64,000 nucleotides of DNA from Prorocentrum cordatum. Its lineage: Eukaryota. The stretch covers positions 1-64,000 of the forward strand of contig CAUYUJ010000083.1 of NCBI GenBank assembly GCA_963575745.1, in the 5' to 3' direction. Both the position numbers and the translations under genes were made by a program. Positions 50,001 through 58,639 of the stretch are shown in pieces. The notes under the pieces were generated by a model. It ran no database searches. It was not told where the DNA came from and saw nothing but the letters and a program-made list of their open reading frames with translations. Numbering within the stretch: position 1 is the stretch's first letter; each line of letters starts with the position of its first letter.

Positions 50001-51312
50001 CCATACTACATTCATGATCGATACAGAGGGGCTGACCTACGCACGTGACGACACGGACACGCTGCCACCAGGAGGTGAATGGATGTCTACGCTATCTGCG
50101 AATTATTGGGTCCTTGAGCAGGAACCAATTACCGTGGAGGAGCGCCGCCAGTATGAGCAGATGTGGTGCACCGAGCTGACCATGAGTCAATGGGTTCTTG
50201 AACAGCGCCTGTTGAAGGGTACACTCGGATCGCAAATCACGTACCACACCAATGACCATGGGACAATCGCTCTGGCAGCGCGCAATGGGACATTCTTTCC
50301 CGACGAAGATGGTATGCCCTGCACCTCGTTCATGCTAGACATTGGTTCCAATGTGAACATCATTGGATCCAATACGGCGCGAACCTTCCAGGAGATTATG
50401 GCCAGGTGCAATTACCGACCTGCCATATGCACCCTGAGCAAGACCCTCTACATCAATGGTGTTGGTGAGGGCGCTGCGATATGTCGGAAGATGGGCAACT
50501 TCAAGATCGGGGTACAATATGCCAATGAGGCGAGCCCCCGTATTGAGGAGTATGCCTCCAACATTGCAGAAGGCTCGGGTGCTAATCTCCCGGCCATCTG
50601 GGGCCTAGGAGCCATGGAAGCACGTGATACGATCATCGTGCTGAAGCCAGGCTACCAGAAGGTTATCTTCCCCAGCGGTGACTACACCCTGAAGCTGGGA
50701 AGAGGCGCCAAGGTCCTGAAGGCGAAGAAAACTCCCTCGGGACATCTCGCGATTCCCTGCGGTTTGTATGACGGGGCTAAAAGCCAGACGGTCACGAACA
50801 CCTTCACAATCCGCAGTAGTCGAGATGGCTATACCGAGACGGAGAACGAAGAGGACCCCGTCAGTGCGGGGACACCCGCCGAAGCAACAGCGGGGCCACC
50901 CGCGACGGGACAGTCCACGACCGTCACGACCGATACGTACATTGTCGAGCCGTACATCGACAAGCAGCTCCTGGAAGACACGACCCGTTTGATCGTGGAC
51001 AGGACGCTGAACAGCTGGTGGGAGGGCCAACAGTGTCCCGAAGGGACCTGGCCACATATGAAGGATGCTCTGAAGTCTAAGATATTCTGGGCAGTCCAGG
51101 AGGCGGTGAATAAATGGACACCTGAGGACCAAGCGGGGCCACCCGCGTCACCGCCACCACCACCAAGCTACACGGGCGGAGGTTCGTCGGACTCTGCGGG
51201 GCCAACCCGCGTGGAGATCGCGAGCGTAGCCACACCAGCGACTCCTGCGGAGCCATCCGCTAACAGCATGCCTCCGAGTCAGACGGCAACGTGGTCACAC
51301 GACCGCCGCTGA
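47002..51312 (+). CDS. Polyprotein part 3: Tpt1/KptA-like 2'-phosphotransferase, RING-H2 finger, aspartic protease
   Basis: DGWV, KGRL, IRATNGHS, HGT, GLS, SGIR and SANDIVMT. CPIC..CGHFFHDIC..CAVC (49351-49506). MLDIGS..AIWGL (50330-50610). Confidence 0.85.
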   Translation: MEGWIQPTLRNISTFDPYDGWVVVDDLLTNWTENDQWKGYREMHEVLIKGRPHTSYVYWVLLNCCEMIDHHGMQKGRLQMKCVDDSMLLPPRFRPTARRPQYFIRATNGHSSPGIHCPESLYKPITTWMKEPDDPVYFIHGTQWEYVKDILANGLSCLAQDNPKRKGGRQFVHGCPYLPGDPRIQSGIRPDSEVLIFCSINKMLSSGFSLWRSANDIVMTRGHDGRIPPDHILQIVSIAKYRVGEAWSNPLAYDKSRRRGQPADRIRTDDYLPLKLCDKTLGVMEDHAMYLKGWSKTDGRPFNLIMTEQDVAPRPYDTQTVLMINAQEDEVMPEAGPPAGAGTPAVDTSDGSWQQVVTPVATVASPWRPDQQAWVQALNSYLTPADVSGLTDQLYRADPWAVHTGIQDAQQRNLRTPAGPPGVLGPQPQRPPQQTGGARFVPMGGSDGGSPFRTPPSETSENSLWQRLQAIRGNPALAAALQATTPFGTPRGSEGGVAAGSPAERTPAEPPAQAGPPADGQQGSDYERRAANLRAQATFLQQQADRVPSLLRNRNIDVTNHGDFRPLWSWTSEDAPNADPTNPYRQVFIPGIASHPIYGWDNHGPAEAQAMDAPMYPEYYAQMNNTPMIAGPPANEYTRNLANEMFRLQFTRAVDAQSMPHYAYMPTPTDPETVVQPAGLAVPAAMGNVPDYIRDVHNTQQAILASRQQARDNTRLRQRRAIQRRIERETQAGAPAEAGPPAERPDRRPPPTPYREGETTFERQARTRPDVPAPVISDYNFTQCPICMDNYEMGTTVWRLACGHFFHDICWDRVAQQHVRNQRPGAPNEAPCAVCRGPGIVIAHFPCAGQRDAESEQARQQERYVADAREMRRLREAVEALEARAAQSAEPSARAPAAQACPWPAPEQGIQMPILPTLRAQEPPAAGPPAEAAPAAQAGPPANGPPNPGFLRAMEANIRRSGRSGGGTRRPTGSTRTSRVASPVSARSRASAESAEAAQFHTTFMIDTEGLTYARDDTDTLPPGGEWMSTLSANYWVLEQEPITVEERRQYEQMWCTELTMSQWVLEQRLLKGTLGSQITYHTNDHGTIALAARNGTFFPDEDGMPCTSFMLDIGSNVNIIGSNTARTFQEIMARCNYRPAICTLSKTLYINGVGEGAAICRKMGNFKIGVQYANEASPRIEEYASNIAEGSGANLPAIWGLGAMEARDTIIVLKPGYQKVIFPSGDYTLKLGRGAKVLKAKKTPSGHLAIPCGLYDGAKSQTVTNTFTIRSSRDGYTETENEEDPVSAGTPAEATAGPPATGQSTTVTTDTYIVEPYIDKQLLEDTTRLIVDRTLNSWWEGQQCPEGTWPHMKDALKSKIFWAVQEAVNKWTPEDQAGPPASPPPPPSYTGGGSSDSAGPTRVEIASVATPATPAEPSANSMPPSQTATWSHDRR

Positions 51313-52293
51313 CGGGGGCAGGCGGGCGCGCCGGCGGCGCTCGCTTGCGAAGAGAAGCCGAATGCCGGCCTCCTCGCTACATACGTTGGCCGCGCTGAGG
51401 CCCGAGAGGAAAAATATCATTCAAAATGTCTTGTCATCGAAGATATTCGCACAGCTTGCGCTGAACTCCGAATCCGTGGATATATATGCGACCGGATTAC
51501 CCATAATGAGGTAATGACTTCAACTGGAACACAGTATTTGGGAAATTTGTTGGCAGGAGACTACAATATGTTGTGGGTGGCCACACCCTCTGATTGGTAC
51601 GTTCGTACTCCAGGAAAGAGGGCGGGACCACACTATCAACGTATACAAAATCTCCTGATCAAAGCGCGTGCTCTGAGAATGCAGATTGTTATCCTGGGGC
51701 CACCCGGGTATTTCTGGAAACAGGGTCCGATCAAAGATGTTATCGAAGATTTGAAGCTAAGCATTATACGAATGAGACTCTGTCATTTCGGTATCAAGTT
51801 TGACCGCTCCAGTAAATATCCCAGTGGTTCTTATATACAAGTTGCTACATCTTGTCCTCATATACCGATAAACTTATGGAGATGTACTTGTGGCTCACAC
51901 AAAGAGCATGATTTGGATTGGTATGGCCAAGATCAGCAACGTGCCGAGTTCCGGCATAAAACCTTGGCTATCATCACAGCACGCTTCCTTGATCAACTCA
52001 ATAAAGCCAACGTGATTAGGAATGAGCGGAGTGCGGTGCACCTCAGTGTGTGTACGCGCGTTGACAAAAAGGAAAGACACTACGTTCAATGTCCACAAAA
52101 GGGCCCTCAATGGGACCATGTTGTTCGTAGAGTCACGACCGACCTGGACACGTATAAGATCGTTCAAGATATCAAAATCCAGGATCAGCCGACTGGGTAC
52201 AACTATGTAGCTCCATTACCTGATGGGGTTACAAACATCAGTACTCGGTTTATACTGGGAGCCTCCGGCTCCAGTTCTTCACGGCGATGGTGA
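51313..52293 (+). CDS. In-frame continuation after a single TGA: degenerate methyltransferase-like domain
   Basis: Same frame as 47002-51312 with no further stop. LWVATP / VILGPPGYFW / RLCHFGI / RCTC..H parallel the motifs of the domain at 52769. Confidence 0.6.
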   Translation, partial: RGQAGAPAALACEEKPNAGLLATYVGRAEAREEKYHSKCLVIEDIRTACAELRIRGYICDRITHNEVMTSTGTQYLGNLLAGDYNMLWVATPSDWYVRTPGKRAGPHYQRIQNLLIKARALRMQIVILGPPGYFWKQGPIKDVIEDLKLSIIRMRLCHFGIKFDRSSKYPSGSYIQVATSCPHIPINLWRCTCGSHKEHDLDWYGQDQQRAEFRHKTLAIITARFLDQLNKANVIRNERSAVHLSVCTRVDKKERHYVQCPQKGPQWDHVVRRVTTDLDTYKIVQDIKIQDQPTGYNYVAPLPDGVTNISTRFILGASGSSSSRRW

Positions 52294-55200
52294 GTCGCGA
52301 AGGCCACGCCCAAAGCGTGTGACGATCGTCGACGACGATCGGTCTCCTCCCCCTTCGATTGAGCGCTGCCAAACGCGACCCACCAACTTTCCTGAAATTC
52401 CGCCATTTCCTGACTTAACAGCGGACCCTTCCGCAGCGGATCCCTCCGCAGCGGATCTCTCCGCGGAAACTGCGCTGCCCACTGATGCCAGGATAAAACA
52501 GAAAGAAAAGCAGAAAGCTGACAAAGAAGCCGGCATCAAACCGAAGAAAATCCCGAAGAAAGTGGAAGACGGTAACGACGACTGTGGAGAGGACCTCAAA
52601 GGGCTTGACTGCTCCACATATTTCAACGACGTTCCTCTTGACGACTCGGACTCGGACAGCGAATCAGAGGACATCTTCATGATGTTACCGGCGGGGCAAC
52701 CCGCTGACTCACATGTTGATGTCTTCTCGATGGTCCAGTCACTATGCTACGGCAGAAACAATCAAGTGGACATGCTTGAATTATGTGGGGGCAAGGGTGG
52801 TATATCCATATTAGCCTTCAAGAGAGGACTCTCGTCGGGCGGGAACCTTGATAAGATATCAATGGTTGACCTTGGAAACGCAGAAGTACAAAGGGCGGTC
52901 CTTCACTACCTCAAGACTTGCTTTGTCAAGATCACGATTCTGCAGCCAAGCTGCAGAACTACTGGACTTCCTTCATACTTCAATGCGCAGGTCAATCATG
53001 ACACGTGGCTTAAACACCACAAGGAGGACCTGCCCCATATCACGTTCTGTGGAACAGTCGCTCTATTGCAAGACGACCTAAGACGTTTCTTTCTCAGGGA
53101 ACAACCAATGGGCACGTGGGTGGATGAGATCCAGCCATGGAAGGAACTGGCACGACGCAAGGTCACTTGCCAAACGATTATTGATCAGTGCACGACTGGT
53201 CTCAAAGATTCGTTTGGACAATACATCCGCAAGCCAACACAGATGATGGCAAACAAAGAAGAGTTGTTGGCACCCTTCAGAGGCAAGCGTTGTCCAGGTA
53301 ATCATGTGCACGCCAATGCTTGCAACAAAGAACTAGCAAGGGCGGCACAGTATACCTACAGAATGCAGTCATTGATCGTCGATGCGGTGCAAACCGCCAA
53401 AGATCTGTTTGCTTACGGTCGCGATCCATTCGCGAATCGCGAACGCAGTTATGCGTTCGTAACAAACAGTGCTGGCTACGACTTGGACGACCCAACAATC
53501 CGGAGACACCCAAACGGAGAAATCTGGCGACCACCACCTGGCGGTCTTGGGTGCCCTGGCTGTGTGGACAACAACTACAAGCAATCACCAAAGCACAGCA
53601 GGGATCCGAAGATGTGTCGGTGGTATGATGTTGAACCATACTACTGGGACTGTCCAAGCTGTAAGAAGGAATATCAGAAGAGTAATCCTCACCACACCAA
53701 GATATCTGGCCAATGCAGATTCGCCGAAAAATGGAAGCTGCCAGATAACTTTGGGCAGCCGCGCCCGGCGGGGCAAGCCGCTCCTGCGGCGCCAGCCGCG
53801 GAAGCGGCTCCAGCCGCAGAAGCGGCGCCAGCCGCAAAAGCGGCGCCGGCCGCGAGAGCGCGCATACGCGCGCCTAGGCCGCCACGGCCCGGTGAGGGCG
53901 ATCCAACCGCAGGCGCCAGCAGCCATGACATCACCAGAGCCGAAGGGGCTAATAGTAGCAACACTGGCGCTGGCAGCTCTGACGATCACCGTAGACTGCC
54001 GCAAGTGGCAGCAAGGCGCGGACGCATGGAAGGAGGTGATCCTCCACCGCCGCCGCAGCCTCCTGTAGAGCCGAGGCCAAGGCCAAGGCTTCCTGATTGG
54101 ACTCGTTTCGATGTTCAGCTCAGCCTTCAAAACCTGCGCAGCTTTGACCCAGCTGTAGTGCAGCGAGAACTCCGCAAGCTTCACTTGAGATGGTTTCATG
54201 CCAAGGAACCAAAGATGCGGATGATTCTAGCTAAGGTCGGTTTGGGCGAAACCCGTTTGAGTCTGATTAAGGGCATTTGCGACTCGTGTAGAGAATGTCG
54301 CGCCTGGGACAAACCAGGCAACACGGTGATGCCATCTGTGTCACTGCCAGGACATTTCAACGAGGAAGTCGAATGTGATCTTTTCTTTTACAAACAGGAA
54401 CATATTGTTTTTCACATCATCGACCGTTGTATTCGTTGGGCAGCTGGTACAGAGATCCCCGATAAGACTATGCACACTGTTCTTGATGCCTATCACACAA
54501 CTTGGATGCAGCATGGCCCTGCCAAAGTCTTATACTCCGACGGGGAAGGAGCACTGAATAACGATACAGCAAAGGCCATCCTTAAATCCAAGGGAACGGA
54601 GCTTCGTATCCGAGCGCGTGGCCAACACGCCACGACTATCGAAGCTAGGAACGGCATCCTGCGACACCTCATACACGTGATGGGAGAAGAATTGAATAGA
54701 TTGAATATTCCTCTGAATTTCACTCGTCTTTTACATGAAGCCATGTTTGCCAGCAATGCATTTACCTTCTACAACGGAGCTTCTCCGTATAATGCGTTAT
54801 ATGGCAGACCACCAGCTATGCTTCCCGATTTCCTTGTCTTGGATCATGATCAATCCGCTGAATCATCAGATCACTCAAGGGAGGAGACAATCAGGAGGGT
54901 TAGTCTGGAGGCAATCACGCAGGCCACTGCGGTTGCCAAGACAAACAGGGCTCTTCGTACGAAGACCGCTGCTACGGGTGAATTTCACTACAGAGAGGGA
55001 GATCTCGTGGACTATCATCGCCCGACCACCACGAAAGATGACTGGGGTGGATGGAGTGGTCCATACCCGGTCATCCGCAATGAACCTGACCGAAGCCAGG
55101 TTATCGTGAAGGTCGGTAGTCGCGAAGTGCGAGTACAATATCCTGACACAAGACACACGCTGTACATCGAAGCACTTATGGTCCGCGAGATAGGATCGGA

Positions 55201-57925
55201 CAATACGGCCCTTCGGACAGTATTGGCCTTTATTGCCGGTCTGCCAGCGGGGAAACCCGCCATGACTTTCGGATATCTACCAGCGAAACAGGGCCGGCTG
55301 CAGATGACTGCTGCGAGCCGGCTTTCGCCTAAGGTGCACTTGGCTCTTCAGTACCTCATACGCAACTACTTTCGTATTGAAAACGTTGTTGCTGTACGAC
55401 TTGCCAAGAGCCTGACGAAGTTGCCTGCTGCACCCTATGCAGACAGCTGTACACTAGTGCACTATGATAATGATGTGACCCCTGGCTTTCATTACTATGA
55501 AGCTGATGGCACTGCCTTGAACATCTACGACATCACAGGATCTACACACTCACGCATCATCCAGTGTCTTAAATCCAAGAAGCCGCCTGCTGGATTTGAC
55601 CGAGACCTCACTAAGTTTGAGGAACTCGCTGATGGTCCACCACCAAGCGAGTCACCTCCAGCAGCTGCTCCTGAGCAGCCTCCTGCGGAGAACGATGGTC
55701 GGCTCCCGACCATCATAGAGGAAACAGAAGAAGATCTGGATGCCTTTGTCTTGAAGTCGTGGTATGCTGAACTGATGGATGACAGAACACTCCTTGAAGC
55801 TGACACAGAAGAAGTCATGCATACAGTTCCCACATACATGACAGACACACAGTGTGTGTTAGTCTCTACGACCTGTGAAGATGTGCAAGGCCACTTGCCG
55901 GAGCGGGGTCACCCGCCAGGATACGACATGGACACTTCTTACTACGTTCCTTTATGCTCCACGGATCCGGACAGCAAATATGATCTGGACTCCGATGAGC
56001 ACGGGAAGTACATCGAGCTCTGCTTCACAGCAGACATGTCCAAAGTCGTCCTGTCCGAGCAGCAACGCCGATTGTTGAATGACAGCAGCGTCACAACTAT
56101 GCGAGTATACGTTAGTGCTGCTTCCAAACGTGCCGTGGTCGTCAAGGAAGACGATCTACTCACGAAGGCCGACATTCAAGCGAATCCGGTCAAAGTTTCC
56201 AAAGCCCTGTACACAGAATTGAAGACTTGGCTTGACAACAAATGCTTCCAGATGACTGACTTGAGCAAAGCGTCTAACATCATGACTTCACGCTACGTAT
56301 ACAAATGGAAGTTTGTCAAGAACGAAAAGGGCGAAATGGAAAGGACGATCAGGTTACGCTTGGTACTCCGTGGCTTCATGGACCTTGAAGCCTTTGATGT
56401 CGAAACCTTCTCTGGCACGGCAAGGAGGTCAAGCCAGAGACTGCTCGCAAGTTCTGCTGCATGCAACAAAGCTTGGATCATCGCTTCCCTGGACATCAAC
56501 ATGGCTTTCTTGAAGGGACTGACCTATAGCGAGCTCGCCGCGGCAACGGGCGAGAAAGAGCGTGTGGTGTGCTTCGCACTACCTCCTGGGTCAGCAGCTG
56601 TCCTTCGCACACTGCCAGGCTTTGAGTCATATGACGAATCAAAGCATTGTCTTCGGTGTCTGAAGCCGGGGGCGGGCACGAAGGATGCTCCCAGGGCATT
56701 CTCGTTGAAGCTCAGGTCCATCACTAGGAGCTTTGGGCTACAGCCTACTTCATACGACAAAGAGTTCGAGATGAGCCCAAACCTCTTGACAGCCAAACAC
56801 GTTGATGACATCAATATGACTGGGAAGGAAGATGCTATTGACAAGTATGTCAAATGTGTTGAAGATACGTTTGGAAAGTGCAAACTGAACAAGCACACAT
56901 ACACAAACTGTGCCGTTCGGTACAACAAGACCGATGATGGGAGCGTCACTCTTGATCAGGACGAATACATCAAACAGCTTCGTCCTATCACACATCCAGA
57001 ACTCACAGGAGCTGATCCTGAGAGCAAAGCGACAAAGACGATTTCTGATATGTTCGTCAGTCTTCGTGGCGCTCTAGCCTATGCGTTGATCACGCAGGTA
57101 TGGCTGATGGTCTATGTTGTCTCACTACAACGTATCCAGGAACCGACAAACATCCAGGTACGACGACTAAACGCGGTTACCAGGAAACTACAGGCAGGTC
57201 CGAAGAAGATCGTGTATCAAGCTATGACCCCAACAGGAGAAGTCGACCTGCATAGCGATTCTGGCTATCGTCGTCTCAACGGAGATGAAGACGACGAAGT
57301 CAAAGGCTATGGTATCCGCGGGGCTAACCTGCTGAGGCGTGGCCACACGCAAGCGGGGAAACCCGTCGTGCACCTGGTGGACGCATACTGCAAGTCTCAT
57401 CGACTGCAGGTGCGTTCGAGCTACTCTGCGGAAACACTGGCAGCAGCCCACAACTTGGAAGACTGCTACCCGACCATTGTAACGCTCCACGAGCTACACT
57501 CGGGACCATTGACCCCCACACAGTTAAAGAACATATTGGAAATGGGTGGTCTATGTATCAAAGTCACTCTGACTATTGATGCCGAGTCTGTCTTCAAGTC
57601 TTTGTCTAGCAAAGATCTGAAGAAGCCCACAGAATGTACTCTGCTTGGGCACATTAGCTGGATCCGCCAGATGATGGAGCGCGGAATCGTTGAAAGCGTT
57701 CAATGGTGTGACACGCGGGATATGACTGCCGATGGTCATACCAAAGGTAGTATTGACCGCGCGTTGCTCCTACAAGTAATGGCCGGCCAGCAATCCTTCA
57801 AGCACGAGCTGAAGAAACATACTCCGTATAGGGCGGGCAGGTCGTCTCAGGACGGCCCTGCCTCCCGAGCTAGCGGGGAAACCCGCATGCAGGTGCGCTC
57901 TAGTAGCGAGGAAACTCGCCGGTAG
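52223..57925 (+). CDS. pol: Pol: C5-methyltransferase-like domain, two CCHC-type fingers, integrase, RT, RNase H
   Basis: ELCGGKGG, QPSC and FLREQP. HLRWFH..CREC, ECDLFF, SDGEG and IEARNG. YVYKWK..RLVLRGF, DINMAFL, GTKDAPRAF and HVDD. HSDSG, SAETLA, IDAES and ADGHTK. Confidence 0.93.
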   Translation: MGLQTSVLGLYWEPPAPVLHGDGESRRPRPKRVTIVDDDRSPPPSIERCQTRPTNFPEIPPFPDLTADPSAADPSAADLSAETALPTDARIKQKEKQKADKEAGIKPKKIPKKVEDGNDDCGEDLKGLDCSTYFNDVPLDDSDSDSESEDIFMMLPAGQPADSHVDVFSMVQSLCYGRNNQVDMLELCGGKGGISILAFKRGLSSGGNLDKISMVDLGNAEVQRAVLHYLKTCFVKITILQPSCRTTGLPSYFNAQVNHDTWLKHHKEDLPHITFCGTVALLQDDLRRFFLREQPMGTWVDEIQPWKELARRKVTCQTIIDQCTTGLKDSFGQYIRKPTQMMANKEELLAPFRGKRCPGNHVHANACNKELARAAQYTYRMQSLIVDAVQTAKDLFAYGRDPFANRERSYAFVTNSAGYDLDDPTIRRHPNGEIWRPPPGGLGCPGCVDNNYKQSPKHSRDPKMCRWYDVEPYYWDCPSCKKEYQKSNPHHTKISGQCRFAEKWKLPDNFGQPRPAGQAAPAAPAAEAAPAAEAAPAAKAAPAARARIRAPRPPRPGEGDPTAGASSHDITRAEGANSSNTGAGSSDDHRRLPQVAARRGRMEGGDPPPPPQPPVEPRPRPRLPDWTRFDVQLSLQNLRSFDPAVVQRELRKLHLRWFHAKEPKMRMILAKVGLGETRLSLIKGICDSCRECRAWDKPGNTVMPSVSLPGHFNEEVECDLFFYKQEHIVFHIIDRCIRWAAGTEIPDKTMHTVLDAYHTTWMQHGPAKVLYSDGEGALNNDTAKAILKSKGTELRIRARGQHATTIEARNGILRHLIHVMGEELNRLNIPLNFTRLLHEAMFASNAFTFYNGASPYNALYGRPPAMLPDFLVLDHDQSAESSDHSREETIRRVSLEAITQATAVAKTNRALRTKTAATGEFHYREGDLVDYHRPTTTKDDWGGWSGPYPVIRNEPDRSQVIVKVGSREVRVQYPDTRHTLYIEALMVREIGSDNTALRTVLAFIAGLPAGKPAMTFGYLPAKQGRLQMTAASRLSPKVHLALQYLIRNYFRIENVVAVRLAKSLTKLPAAPYADSCTLVHYDNDVTPGFHYYEADGTALNIYDITGSTHSRIIQCLKSKKPPAGFDRDLTKFEELADGPPPSESPPAAAPEQPPAENDGRLPTIIEETEEDLDAFVLKSWYAELMDDRTLLEADTEEVMHTVPTYMTDTQCVLVSTTCEDVQGHLPERGHPPGYDMDTSYYVPLCSTDPDSKYDLDSDEHGKYIELCFTADMSKVVLSEQQRRLLNDSSVTTMRVYVSAASKRAVVVKEDDLLTKADIQANPVKVSKALYTELKTWLDNKCFQMTDLSKASNIMTSRYVYKWKFVKNEKGEMERTIRLRLVLRGFMDLEAFDVETFSGTARRSSQRLLASSAACNKAWIIASLDINMAFLKGLTYSELAAATGEKERVVCFALPPGSAAVLRTLPGFESYDESKHCLRCLKPGAGTKDAPRAFSLKLRSITRSFGLQPTSYDKEFEMSPNLLTAKHVDDINMTGKEDAIDKYVKCVEDTFGKCKLNKHTYTNCAVRYNKTDDGSVTLDQDEYIKQLRPITHPELTGADPESKATKTISDMFVSLRGALAYALITQVWLMVYVVSLQRIQEPTNIQVRRLNAVTRKLQAGPKKIVYQAMTPTGEVDLHSDSGYRRLNGDEDDEVKGYGIRGANLLRRGHTQAGKPVVHLVDAYCKSHRLQVRSSYSAETLAAAHNLEDCYPTIVTLHELHSGPLTPTQLKNILEMGGLCIKVTLTIDAESVFKSLSSKDLKKPTECTLLGHISWIRQMMERGIVESVQWCDTRDMTADGHTKGSIDRALLLQVMAGQQSFKHELKKHTPYRAGRSSQDGPASRASGETRMQVRSSSEETRR

Positions 57926-58029
57926 CGAGGCTACTCGCGCGCCCTTGCCTTGTAGGCGGCCGCTGCTGCTTAGCACTGTTTTTCCGCGTAATGTAGAAGT
58001 GCGGTGCCTGCTCGTCTCCTCCCCCTCCG

Positions 58030-58314
58030 ACTTTAAACGGAGAAGGTTAAAGGCGAGGTATAAATCGAGCATGTACCGCTGCCGTGCCTGGCTCAAGCCG
58101 GGCCCGGCCAAATATATGACTGTGCCTCACCGAGGCGCACGACTGGTATTTGAGATCGGAAAATACCTTTTCCATTGAAGATGCCCCTTCTATCCTTTAC
58201 TCCAGATCCCATGCTTCGTCTCGCTCTCTTGCTCATGCGATATGAGCCAAAGCCTGGGATATGGCAACGCTTGAAGCGTAACACATACCTAAGCTTACCA
58301 GCGTGTTTTCGACT
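58030..58314 (+). repeat. 3' LTR (285 bp)
   Basis: Matches the 5' LTR and is followed by TSD AGGAC. Confidence 0.97.
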
Positions 58315-58639
58315 AGGACTACCAAAGTCGGCGTTCCCCGACCCGCACAATCTCCCGCGCGACGCAAAGAAGGGCACCCTAAAGTGCAAGACGTGCAAAT
58401 GATGCCCAATCGGTTGCGCGTACTAGGCAGAAAAGGGAGGACGGGAAGAGGAGGATGGGGGGTGAGGCGGAAAATGGGGGGGAGAAGCATCGGTGAGGAT
58501 GAGCTGAAGCGGGGCAGGAAGAGGAGGAGGGGAACGAGGAGGAAGTGTAGGAGGAGGAGGAGGAGGAAGAGGAGGAGGAGGGGGACACTGAGATGAGGCT
58601 CCGGGTTATGGGGTTGGGCGCGACTCGAAAGACCGGTGT

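Larger units (their letters stand above)
41979..58314 (+). mobile_element. Giant (16,336 bp) Ty1/Copia-order LTR retrotransposon with accessory domains
   Basis: Paired LTRs, TSD AGGAC (41974-41978 and 58315-58319), PBS, and gag-PR-INT-RT-RH order. Confidence 0.97.
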
